This document shows positions 1 through 8,316 of a DNA stretch of 48,480 nt, piece by piece; the first letter of the stretch is position 1; each line of letters begins with the position of its first letter. The stretch covers positions 1 to 48,480 of the forward strand of contig JABHMO010000029.1 in assembly GCA_018693855.1 (NCBI GenBank). Reading direction: 5' to 3'. Both the position numbers and the translations under genes were made by a program. Origin of the DNA: Candidatus Falkowbacteria bacterium (GTDB lineage: Bacteria > Patescibacteriota > Patescibacteriia > UBA11705 > JABHMO01). The notes beneath the pieces are model-generated. The model made no database searches and was not told where the DNA came from. It worked only from the letters and a program-made list of their open reading frames with translations.

Positions 1-471
1 CAAACGGAAGTTGACCTTGAAAAATTTGGAATAGTTGCTCAGTCACTTGGAACGTCTACAACGATTGCGCTTGCGCCAGAAATGAAATGTCTGATCTGTT
101 TGGGGGCAGTTTCTCATCCTGGAGACAAATTACCTATAAAATTTGGAGAGAACTATCATCCTGATGGGATATCATCGAGAGTTCGATCGAATGGAACAGT
201 TACAACAGTTAAACCTTCGTTTTGGCAAGATTTTAAGAACTATGATTTAGTTGACTCAATAAAAAATATTTCATGTCCTATATTATTTATCAATGGGGGA
301 GCAGATACTGACGTTTCTATCTCTGAAATGCAGGCTTATTTTGACGTAGTAACTGGTCCGAAAGAAAAAGTCTTAATTGAAGGATTAGATCACGGAATGA
401 ATCCTGATCGAGATAAAATGTGTAAAGTTGTAGTTGGTTGGTTAAATAAAAATTTAGTTAACTTAATTTAG
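1..471 (+). CDS. alpha/beta hydrolase, 5'-truncated by the window edge
   Basis: Frame 1 is open from base 1 (QTEVDLEKFGIVAQSLG...). It contains the nucleophile elbow AQSLG, PILFINGGADTDV and a C-terminal His motif (GLDHG). Confidence 0.85.
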   Translation, partial: QTEVDLEKFGIVAQSLGTSTTIALAPEMKCLICLGAVSHPGDKLPIKFGENYHPDGISSRVRSNGTVTTVKPSFWQDFKNYDLVDSIKNISCPILFINGGADTDVSISEMQAYFDVVTGPKEKVLIEGLDHGMNPDRDKMCKVVVGWLNKNLVNLI

Positions 472-483
472 TCTTTTTATTAT

Positions 484-822
484 ATGAACAAAATAAGCTG
501 GGATGATTTTGAAAAAGTTGAATTGATAGTGGGAACAATTATTGAGGTAAATGATTTTCCTGAAGCAAAAATCCCTGCCTATAAGATTAGGGTAGATTTT
601 GGATCGGAAATAGGTGTCAAAATATCAAGTGCTAGAATTACAGAACTGTATTCTAAGGAGGATTTATTGAATAGAAAAATAATTGGTGTTGTGAACTTCC
701 CGCCAAAAAGAATTGGTCCTTTTGTATCAGAGTTTCTTTGCAGTGGTTTTTATCGAGAAGACGGTTCAGTTGTTTTAGCTGTTCCTGACAAAGATGTTCC
801 GAATGGAAGCAAGTTGGGTTAA
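484..822 (+). CDS. csaA: CsaA/Trbp111-type tRNA-binding OB-fold protein
   Basis: [35 protein letters not shown] and FVSEFL motifs; 112 aa. Confidence 0.9.
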   Translation: MNKISWDDFEKVELIVGTIIEVNDFPEAKIPAYKIRVDFGSEIGVKISSARITELYSKEDLLNRKIIGVVNFPPKRIGPFVSEFLCSGFYREDGSVVLAVPDKDVPNGSKLG

Positions 823-836
823 TTCTTTTAGTGTTT

Positions 837-873
837 AAAAAGAAAAGAGGAGGTCCTGGTTAGGATTCTCCTC
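837..873 (-). terminator. intrinsic terminator of the minus-strand RNA
   Basis: Minus strand reads GAGGAG-AATCCT-AACC-AGGA-CCTCCTC followed by TTTTCTTTTT. The U-tract is only on the minus side. Confidence 0.8.
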
Positions 874-1036
874 AATTCGTAACTTCCCGTGGCCGGCTGG
901 AGGGTGTTCCGTCCGAAAAAGCTGCATTGTGGGCGGTATTTCAACAACGGCTCCATCAGAATCGCAATTGCAAAACCCTGATCTCAAAGCCTCCCGCCTA
1001 TCCTATACACAAGCAATCTCCACGGATCATTGCTAC
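838..1036 (-). ncRNA. stand-alone RNA containing a 23S rRNA L1-stalk (H76-H78) module
   Basis: Minus strand of 931-1010 reads GTGTATAGGATAGGCGGGAGGCTTTGAG...TGGAGCCGTTGTTGAAATACCGCCC, matching the conserved 23S segment GTGTAGGATAGGTGGGAGGCTTTGAAG...TGGAGCCGACCTTGAAATACCACCC (recalled E. coli sequence). Closing stems GUAGC/GUUAC and UCCGUGG/CCACGGG; own promoter and terminator. Confidence 0.8.
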
Positions 1037-1042
1037 AAAAGT

Positions 1043-1071
1043 ATTCTAATATATTAAAATAGATCAGTCAA
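1043..1071 (-). promoter_or_regulatory. sigma70 promoter of the L1-stalk RNA
   Basis: TTGACT(1071-1066)-N17-TAGAAT(1048-1043). The predicted +1 at G1036 coincides with the first base of the closing stem. Confidence 0.8.
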
Positions 1072-1082
1072 GGCAAAAGTAG

Positions 1083-1110
1083 TTGACAAAAATCTATAAG
1101 GTTTTATAAT
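1083..1110 (+). promoter_or_regulatory. sigma70 promoter of the T-box/glyQS leader, back-to-back with the L1-stalk RNA promoter
   Basis: TTGACA(1083)-N16-TATAAT(1105). Confidence 0.75.
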
Positions 1111-1116
1111 GTATAT

Positions 1117-1262
1117 ATTACTCGTGGGGATTGGCTCCTACATGAAGAGTGATTAATTAAGGTGTCCCGCACTTGCGGGAAAACTAGATGGAACCGCGGG
1201 CCTCAATGTCTCGTTCTAGTGATCTAAATTAAATTTTTGGATTATTAGAATGAGGCTTTTTT
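1117..1262 (+). promoter_or_regulatory. glycine T-box riboswitch (transcriptional) with miniature Stem I
   Basis: T-box AACTAGA-TGGAACC-GCGGG (1182-1200) pairs with CTCGT-TCTAG as the antiterminator. The competing terminator is 1208-1256 plus T6. Stem III is TCCCGC-ACTT-GCGGGA (1165-1180). The 5' hairpin 1117-1153 has a GGC Gly codon in its loop. The element lies upstream of glycyl-tRNA synthetase. Confidence 0.85.
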
Positions 1263-1373
1263 GTTTATATTAATAATATAATAGATTAAAATTAAATCAT
1301 GGTGTGCTAGATTTCTTGCTGATTCGCAATATCCGCAACATCTGCAAATAATCTGCATATCCGTAATATAAAT

Positions 1374-2723
1374 ATGGAAAAAATTGTATCTCTAGCAAAA
1401 CGACGAGGTTTTGTTTATCCGGCTTGTGAAATTTATGGAGGGTTTGCGAACTCTTACACATATGGACCTTATGGTGTTGAATTGAAAAATTTAATTAAAA
1501 ATTTATGGTGGAAAATGTTTGTGAAAGATCGTGATGATATGGTTGGAATGGATGGACCGATCTTATTGCACCCGAAGTTGTGGGAAGCGTCAGGTCACAC
1601 TGAGGGTTTTAATGATGCTATGATTGACTGTAAGAAATGTAAACACAGATTTCGAGCTGATCATCTTGTTGAGGAAGCAACTGGTCAGGATCTAGAAGGT
1701 GATATTGAGGGCATGGAAAAGATTATTAAAAAAGAACTTGTTAAATGTCCGAACTGTGATGCGTTTGATTGGACAGACGTTAGAACGTTTAACATGATGT
1801 TCAAAACTCAGATGAATGGTTATGAAGAAGATGTTTATCTTCGACCTGAAACTGCTGGTGCGATTTTTACAGAATTCAAAAACATTGTCGATACAATGCG
1901 TGTTAAGATCCCTTTTGGGATCGGTCAGATAGGAAAAGCGTTTCGGAATGAAATTGTCGCAGGTAACTTTATTTTTAGATTACGTGAGTTTGAACAGATG
2001 GAGATAGAGTATTTCATTCATCCAAAAACAAAATGGGAACCTCTATTCCAAAACTGGCTTGATCTGCAAGAAGAGTTTACTTTGAGACTCGGTGCGAAAA
2101 AAGAAGATATTAGAAGATATGAACATCCAGCAGAGAAACTTTCTCATTATTCTCAAAAAACAGTTGATATTGAGTATAAATATCCATTTGGATTCCAGGA
2201 ACTTTTCGGATTAGCTCATCGTAGTGATTTTGATCTAACGGCTCACGCGAAAGCGTCTGGAGAAAAAATAGAGTATTTTGATCCTGTTGAAAAAGAAAAA
2301 TTCGTACCACACATTCTTGAACCAACCTTTGGATTAGATAGAGCGATTTTAACAGCGCTTTGCAGTGCCTATAATGAGGAGGATGTGGATGGTGAAAAAC
2401 GAATTGTGATGAAATTTCCTAATGAGATTGCTCCTGTTCAGATTGCTGTATTCCCGTTGCTAAAAAACAAGGAACAGTTAGTCGATAAAGCAAAGGAAGT
2501 TTACGCTGAATTAAGAGAGAACTATCGATGTGAGTTTGATGATAATGGTAATATAGGAAAACGGTACCGTCGACAAGATGAGATCGGAACTCCTTACTGT
2601 GTAACTGTTGATTTTGATACATTAGAAAAAGATGAATCAGTTACAGTAAGAGATCGGGATAGTATGAAACAGGAGAGAGTAAAGTTGGATGAGTTGGATA
2701 AGTATTTTGAGAGTAAACTGTAA
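1374..2723 (+). CDS. glyQS: glycine--tRNA ligase (alpha2 type)
   Basis: LAKRRGFVYP, YLRPETA, GKAFRNEI, FRLREFEQMEIEYF, EPTFGLDR and IGKRYRRQDEIGTP. Confidence 0.97.
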   Translation: MEKIVSLAKRRGFVYPACEIYGGFANSYTYGPYGVELKNLIKNLWWKMFVKDRDDMVGMDGPILLHPKLWEASGHTEGFNDAMIDCKKCKHRFRADHLVEEATGQDLEGDIEGMEKIIKKELVKCPNCDAFDWTDVRTFNMMFKTQMNGYEEDVYLRPETAGAIFTEFKNIVDTMRVKIPFGIGQIGKAFRNEIVAGNFIFRLREFEQMEIEYFIHPKTKWEPLFQNWLDLQEEFTLRLGAKKEDIRRYEHPAEKLSHYSQKTVDIEYKYPFGFQELFGLAHRSDFDLTAHAKASGEKIEYFDPVEKEKFVPHILEPTFGLDRAILTALCSAYNEEDVDGEKRIVMKFPNEIAPVQIAVFPLLKNKEQLVDKAKEVYAELRENYRCEFDDNGNIGKRYRRQDEIGTPYCVTVDFDTLEKDESVTVRDRDSMKQERVKLDELDKYFESKL

Positions 2724-2740
2724 TTAACTGAAATATTTTA

Positions 2741-2770
2741 AATAACCGAGAATGCGCATTCTCGGTTATT
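2741..2770. repeat. perfect palindrome, REP-like family A, copy 1 (could also act as a terminator)
   Basis: AATAACCGAGAAT-GCGC-ATTCTCGGTTATT. Confidence 0.8.
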
Positions 2771-2825
2771 TTATTGAACTATTTTGAGTGAATTTAAAAT
2801 TCATGCTATAATATCTATATAATTT

Positions 2826-3803
2826 ATGAAGTATTTCGATTTAGTAACTTTTGGTAGCGCACTGAAAGATATCTCTTTTTATAGTGATGAAGTTTTTGTT
2901 GTGAAAAATAAGAAATCAGTCAAAATGCCAAAACTTTTGGCAATGGAATACGGTGCAAAAGTTGCGATCGAAGATCTGTTTGTTACCTACGGTGGCGGCG
3001 CAATGAACGTGGCAGTTGGAACGAAAAACTTTGGTGTGAAAGTTTCTCCAATGATAAGAATTGGAAAAGATAATGTCGGAATGGAGCTTTTTAATTATTT
3101 GAAAAAACAAAAAATTTCAACTGATCTAGTTGAAGTTAGAAAAGAAGATAAAACCGGTTTTTCAATTGTCATTTCATCAGCCAAGGATAAGGAACATACT
3201 ATCTTTACATTCAAAGGTGCAAGTAACCATTTGCAAGTTCATTCATTACGAAATTTTACTACGAAATGGTTTTACGTTGCTAGTCTGACAAGTAAGGATT
3301 GGAAATCTGAGTTTGAAAAAATTACTCGACAAACAAAAAAGGATGTTAAGATCGCTTGGAATCCTGGTGAGTTGCAACTGCGGAATCAGAAGACTTTAAT
3401 AAATTTTTTAAGTTATGTAGAAGTTCTGATTTTGAATAAAAGCGAAGCAATCGAACTTTTATCCGGAATAAAAAAACGAATTAATAAAACTAAACTGCAA
3501 GATAAGAAATATTTATTAAAAGAACTGTTGAATCTAGGGCCGCAAAAAGTTGTAATAACTCTAGGTGAAAAAGGTGTTTGTGCAATTGATGAGAATGAAC
3601 AGTTTTACTACTATCCGTCACAGAGCAATCAAAAAAGGATTGTTGACACAGTTGGTGCTGGCGATGCTTTTTCGTCAGGTTTAATGTCAGGTTTAATAAA
3701 ATTTAAGGATTTCGATAAAGCACTGCAACTTGGAATTAGAAATAGTTCAAACGTTCTCTATCGAGTCGGTGCCCAAAACGGTTTACTGAAAATTAAACTT
3801 TAG
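2826..3803 (+). CDS. PfkB/ribokinase-family carbohydrate kinase
   Basis: GGGAMNVA N-terminal signature; VDTVGAGDAFSSG C-terminal signature. Confidence 0.9.
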   Translation: MKYFDLVTFGSALKDISFYSDEVFVVKNKKSVKMPKLLAMEYGAKVAIEDLFVTYGGGAMNVAVGTKNFGVKVSPMIRIGKDNVGMELFNYLKKQKISTDLVEVRKEDKTGFSIVISSAKDKEHTIFTFKGASNHLQVHSLRNFTTKWFYVASLTSKDWKSEFEKITRQTKKDVKIAWNPGELQLRNQKTLINFLSYVEVLILNKSEAIELLSGIKKRINKTKLQDKKYLLKELLNLGPQKVVITLGEKGVCAIDENEQFYYYPSQSNQKRIVDTVGAGDAFSSGLMSGLIKFKDFDKALQLGIRNSSNVLYRVGAQNGLLKIKL

Positions 3804-3842
3804 TTTTTAATTGGCTATATTTACCAAATTTACAAATATCCT

Positions 3843-4406
3843 ATGAAAATCAAAATTGAAGTATCTGCAAGACACGCTCATTTTACGAATTATGATCTAG
3901 AAGTTTTGTTTGGGGAGGGATATGAACTAAAATCTGATAAGCAATTATCGCAACCAGGTCAGTTCGCGAGTACTGATACAGTTAAAATTGTTGGTCCTGA
4001 GGGAACAATTGACAATGTTCGAGTAATTGGTCCATGTCGAGACAATACTCAGATAGAAATTTCAAAAACTGATGCTCACAAATTGGGCATTAAGGCACCA
4101 ATTCGACTTTCTGGTAAAACAATTGGTTCAGGTGGTGCAACTATAGTTGGTTCTGCTGGTGAGCTTGAGATTGAGGATGGAATCATTGTTGCTAAACGTC
4201 ATATCCACATGAATCCAGAAGAATCTCATCGTGCTGGACTCAGTAATGGTTCATTTGTTGACGTTGAGATAGAAGGTCCAAGAGCGTTAACGTTTAACGA
4301 AGTTGAAGTCCGAGTCCATGAAGATTTTGAAGAATCAATGCACATTGATACTGATGAAGCTAATGCTGCTGGAATTGAAGGACATGATGAAGGGATTATT
4401 AAATAG
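3843..4406 (+). CDS. pduL: PduL-family phosphate acyltransferase
   Basis: VSARHAH, LSQPGQFAS, TQIEISKTD, VAKRHIHM and MHIDTDEANAA. Confidence 0.93.
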   Translation: MKIKIEVSARHAHFTNYDLEVLFGEGYELKSDKQLSQPGQFASTDTVKIVGPEGTIDNVRVIGPCRDNTQIEISKTDAHKLGIKAPIRLSGKTIGSGGATIVGSAGELEIEDGIIVAKRHIHMNPEESHRAGLSNGSFVDVEIEGPRALTFNEVEVRVHEDFEESMHIDTDEANAAGIEGHDEGIIK

Positions 4407-4411
4407 AAGAC

Positions 4412-5530
4412 ATGAAATATACCTTAATAATTAACGCAGGTAGTTCTAGTTTGAAATTCAAGTTGTTTGAATCTGATTTTAATGTTGTGGCAGAAGGTAT
4501 TGTTGAAAAAGTCGGATTGAATGGTTCATTTATTGATTACAAAATTGGTAAAAATAGAAACGTTCAAACAGGTTCAGTGAAAAACCATAAAGACGCCATT
4601 AAGAAGGTGTTTATTTTATTTGAGCAGAATAAATTGGATATAAATTCAATTGTAAAAATAGGACATAGAGTTGTGCATGGTGGAGAAGAGTTTGTTAAAC
4701 CTGTTTTAATAGATAATAAAACTTTGTTAAAAATAGACAAGTATAGTAAATTAGCGCCACTTCATAATCCGAATAATATTGCAGGTATCAAGGCTTGTCA
4801 GAAACTATTACCTAAGGTTCCTAATTACGCAGTTTTTGATACTTCTTTTCATAATACAATCTCTGAGGAGGTCTTTTTGTATCCATTACCATTAAAATTT
4901 TATAAAAAACATCAGATTAGAAAGTATGGATTTCATGGGATTTCTCATCAATATGCAACAGCAGAAGCTGGTAAAAAGTTAAAGAAAAAGAGTCCAAATC
5001 TAATTACATGTCATCTTGGTAGTGGTTGTAGTATTACAGCAATACAAAAAGGCAAATCCATTGATACTTCAATGGGATTTACTCCACTGGAAGGTTTGAT
5101 GATGATGACTCGATCAGGTAATATTGATCCTGCTATAATATTTTATTTAATGGGTCAGGGGTATAGCGCAGCTAATATTGAAGATGTTTTGATTGATCAT
5201 TCTGGATTAAAAGGAGTTTCTGGCTTAAGTGATATGCGAGACATCATGATTGGAGCTGGTTATAAGATTCCCGGTTACAATCCAGATCGGACTTTTGTGA
5301 TTGATGATAAAAAGTCTGCCAAATTAGCTTTAGACATGTTCGTAAACAGAATAAAGAAATATATTGGAAGTTATTCAGCCATTCTAGAAAAAGTGGACGC
5401 AATCGTCTTTACTGGTGGAATAGGGGAACGAAATAAAGATGTTCGTGATTTAATTATGAAAGGGTTGCCAAAGTATAAGGTTGTGGTTGTTGAGGCTGAT
5501 GAGGAGTTGATGATCGCGAAGAAGATTTAA
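4412..5530 (+). CDS. ackA: acetate kinase
   Basis: INAGSSSLKF, GHRVVHGG, APLHNP, YGFHGISH, HLGSG, TSMGFTPLEG and FTGGIGE. Confidence 0.96.
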   Translation: MKYTLIINAGSSSLKFKLFESDFNVVAEGIVEKVGLNGSFIDYKIGKNRNVQTGSVKNHKDAIKKVFILFEQNKLDINSIVKIGHRVVHGGEEFVKPVLIDNKTLLKIDKYSKLAPLHNPNNIAGIKACQKLLPKVPNYAVFDTSFHNTISEEVFLYPLPLKFYKKHQIRKYGFHGISHQYATAEAGKKLKKKSPNLITCHLGSGCSITAIQKGKSIDTSMGFTPLEGLMMMTRSGNIDPAIIFYLMGQGYSAANIEDVLIDHSGLKGVSGLSDMRDIMIGAGYKIPGYNPDRTFVIDDKKSAKLALDMFVNRIKKYIGSYSAILEKVDAIVFTGGIGERNKDVRDLIMKGLPKYKVVVVEADEELMIAKKI

Positions 5531-5545
5531 GTGTAAATAATATAC

Positions 5546-5577
5546 TACTAACCGAGAATTCGAATTCTCGGTTAGTA
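5546..5577. repeat. perfect palindrome, REP-like family A, copy 2
   Basis: TACTAACCGAGAAT-TCGA-ATTCTCGGTTAGTA, with the same arms as 2741-2770. Confidence 0.8.
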
Positions 5578-5616
5578 ATACATTGCTTGCATCTGCAGTA
5601 ACTCAAGTATTTTATC

Positions 5617-7254
5617 ATGTTAAAAAAACTCTTCTCAACTAAGTTCAGCTCTATCTCATCTGCAGCAATCATTATCGGTGCTGCTGGTTTGGTTAGTAGA
5701 ATTTTAGGGATTGTTCGAGATCGAGTTTTAGCTGGAAAGTTCGGGGCAGGCGATGAGCTTGATATCTATTATGCAGCGTTTCGAATCCCTGATTTACTTT
5801 TGAACTTGATAATTTTTGGTGCGTTATCTTCCGCTTTTATTCCTATCTTTATTAGTTTACTTAGAAAAGAAGAATCAAATAAGTACAAAGACAATCAATC
5901 TGCTTGGGATTTATCAAATAATGTTTTGAACATTTTAACTGTTGGTTTGATTTCTGTTGGATTGATTCTTGTTGTTTTATCACCATGGTTAGTTCCATTG
6001 ATCACTCCAGGTTTTGACGGTGATAAACTATCAATCACAACAAAAATGACCCAGTTAATTTTCTTTAGTCCGCTACTACTAGGTATTAGCGGAATTTTTG
6101 GTGGTATTTTGCAGTCATTTAGAAGATTCTTAGCTTTTTCGATTGCTCCGATAATGTACAATCTCGGAATCATTTTTGGAGCTGTTTTTCTGACTGATTC
6201 GTTTGGTCTATATGGTTTAGCTTTTGGTGTTATAATTGGATGTATGTTGCATCTTTTAGTTCAGCTGCCGGTTGCGATAAGGCTAGGATTTAAATTTAAA
6301 GCAATTTTCCAATTAAAAGAAAGAAATTTCATCAAAATTATTAAATTAATGGGACCGCGAGTGTTAGGCTTAGCAAGTAGTCAAGTGAACTTTATTGTAA
6401 TCACGATTTTTGCTTCGTTTCTTGCTGCTGGAAGTCTGACTGTATTTAATTTCGCAAATAATCTGCAGAGTGTTGCTATTGGTCTGATTGGTGTTTCGTT
6501 TGCAATTGCAGCATTCCCTGTCTTATCTAAATCATTTTCAAATAAAAAAGAAGAAGAGTTTAATACTACTCTAATTAAAACATTCAAACAGATAATGTTT
6601 TTTATTGTGCCTTTTTCTATCGCACTAATAATTTTGCGAGTTCAAATCGTAAGAGTCATCCTTGGTGCAGGTAAGTTTAATTGGGAAGATACGATTTTAA
6701 CAGCCGATTCTTTGGGACTATTCAGCTTCAGTCTGTTTGCGCAAGCCTTGATACCGTTACTCGTTCGAGCATTTTACGCCAGACAGAACACTGTTTTGCC
6801 ATTCATCGCCAGTTTTATCAGTGTTGTTGTAAATATTTTCTTAACTTGGTATTTAATCGCAAAATTCGACGTCTTAGGTTTAGCTCTTGGTTTCAGTATT
6901 AGCGCAATTGTGAACTTTGTTATTTTAATACTATTTATTAAATTGAAAGTGGATAAATTGAGATTCCAAGGAGTCTTAAGAAGTTTACTCGATATTTCAA
7001 TAGCGTCATTAGTCATGGGAGTCGTTATTCAGTATACAAAAGCAGGTTTAGGAAACTTAGTTGAAATGAGTAGATTCTGGGGAGTTCTTGCTCAAGGACT
7101 TGTCGCCGGACTCATGGGAATAGCTGTCTTTTGTATAATTTCTAGTTGGTTAAAAAACGAAGAGTACACAAATTTTGTTCAAGCTTTTCGTGGTAAACTA
7201 TTTAGAATGTTTAAGGTGAAAGGTGAAGGAATGCGTGAATCGGGAGGGAATTAA
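5617..7254 (+). CDS. murJ: lipid II flippase MurJ
   Basis: SRILGIVRD, YYAAFRIPD, SSAFIPIF and RAFYA; many predicted TM helices. Confidence 0.95.
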   Translation: MLKKLFSTKFSSISSAAIIIGAAGLVSRILGIVRDRVLAGKFGAGDELDIYYAAFRIPDLLLNLIIFGALSSAFIPIFISLLRKEESNKYKDNQSAWDLSNNVLNILTVGLISVGLILVVLSPWLVPLITPGFDGDKLSITTKMTQLIFFSPLLLGISGIFGGILQSFRRFLAFSIAPIMYNLGIIFGAVFLTDSFGLYGLAFGVIIGCMLHLLVQLPVAIRLGFKFKAIFQLKERNFIKIIKLMGPRVLGLASSQVNFIVITIFASFLAAGSLTVFNFANNLQSVAIGLIGVSFAIAAFPVLSKSFSNKKEEEFNTTLIKTFKQIMFFIVPFSIALIILRVQIVRVILGAGKFNWEDTILTADSLGLFSFSLFAQALIPLLVRAFYARQNTVLPFIASFISVVVNIFLTWYLIAKFDVLGLALGFSISAIVNFVILILFIKLKVDKLRFQGVLRSLLDISIASLVMGVVIQYTKAGLGNLVEMSRFWGVLAQGLVAGLMGIAVFCIISSWLKNEEYTNFVQAFRGKLFRMFKVKGEGMRESGGN

Positions 7255-7282
7255 ATTCTCCTCAACTTTAGTTAATAATATG

Positions 7283-7310
7283 AAAAACCGCCTCGAGGGG
7301 GCGGTCTTGT
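7283..7310. terminator. hairpin between converging murJ and an orphan ORF
   Basis: AAAAACCGCCTC-GAG-GGGGCGGTC; U-tract on the minus strand. Confidence 0.7.
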
Positions 7311-7318
7311 CGTTTTGC

Positions 7319-7663
7319 TTAGTCAGTTACAAGGTGAACTCTGAATGTCGTTTCATCCCAAAGGTTAAGTGGCTGTAATGCTTTTTTAAGTTTTTTCTTA
7401 ATGTTTCGAAATTGTTTTTTAGAAAAAGCTTGTTCACCTACTGATTCGTAGCCTCTGTTTTCATTTGAAAGTACAACTATTCCTACGTGCACAAAGTTTT
7501 CCGTTATTACAATGTTTGAACTACCAAATCCAGCTAATGTTTCTTGTACTGGATCAAATGCAGGAATAGGTATACCATTAAAGCTCAATTCCTCCATACT
7601 AAGCTCAACACCAATGACAACATGAGCAACTTGGATTGACCAGGGATCTGCACGATGATTCAT
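7319..7663 (-). CDS. hypothetical protein (orphan cassette)
   Basis: 114-aa ORF with an AAGGA SD, a minus-strand promoter TTGACT-N17-TAAACT (~7716-7744) and a terminator. Confidence 0.7.
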   Translation of the reverse strand: MNHRADPWSIQVAHVVIGVELSMEELSFNGIPIPAFDPVQETLAGFGSSNIVITENFVHVGIVVLSNENRGYESVGEQAFSKKQFRNIKKKLKKALQPLNLWDETTFRVHLVTD

Positions 7664-7851
7664 GACGTATTTCCTTTTTTTGCGCGGTTGATTTCATTTT
7701 CTAATCAATTATTATAGTTTAATGGTATATAATGAAAAAGTCAATAATAATTGTTTGATTACTTGATTATTTTGCTAAATCTGCTATAATAGCTACTAAT
7801 TAAGTACATAGGAAAAAGTGGAAAGATGAAGGTGCGTATAGTTTGAAGTAT

Positions 7852-8289
7852 ATGAAGAACAAGTTTACAATTGGAGCATTTGCAATTATTGTTAATGAAC
7901 AGGACGAGGTTTTGCTTTGTTTAAGGAATGATTATGATCTGTGGAATTTGCCGGGCGGTGGAGTGGAGTCAGGGGAGTCGCCTTGGGATTGTGTCATTCG
8001 AGAAGTGAAGGAAGAGACTGGTTTGATTGTTGAAGTTGAAAAGTTACTTGGTGTGTACAGTAAACCTGATAATGATATTGTGTTTAATTATAAATGCAAA
8101 GTTGTCGGTGGTAAACTTCAATTAACCAGCGAAGCAAAACAACATAAGTATTATAAACTTGCAAATATCCCAGAAAACACCATCAAAAAACAAGTTGAAA
8201 GGATAAAAGATTATTATAATGAAACTAGTTTGGTGATGAAAGTTCAAACGGGATCATCTTCACTAAAAAATATTAAATCAAATTCGTAG
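7852..8289 (+). CDS. NUDIX hydrolase
   Basis: Nudix box GGGVESGESPWDCVIREVKEETG. Confidence 0.92.
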   Translation: MKNKFTIGAFAIIVNEQDEVLLCLRNDYDLWNLPGGGVESGESPWDCVIREVKEETGLIVEVEKLLGVYSKPDNDIVFNYKCKVVGGKLQLTSEAKQHKYYKLANIPENTIKKQVERIKDYYNETSLVMKVQTGSSSLKNIKSNS

Positions 8290-8316
8290 ATTTGTAGCGG
8301 ATTTGTTATTCGTAGT

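Noticed and set aside
879-1036. rRNA operon or ordinary 23S rRNA gene
   Set aside because: Similarity is confined to H76-H78. The flanks are non-rRNA and bounded by a promoter and terminator.
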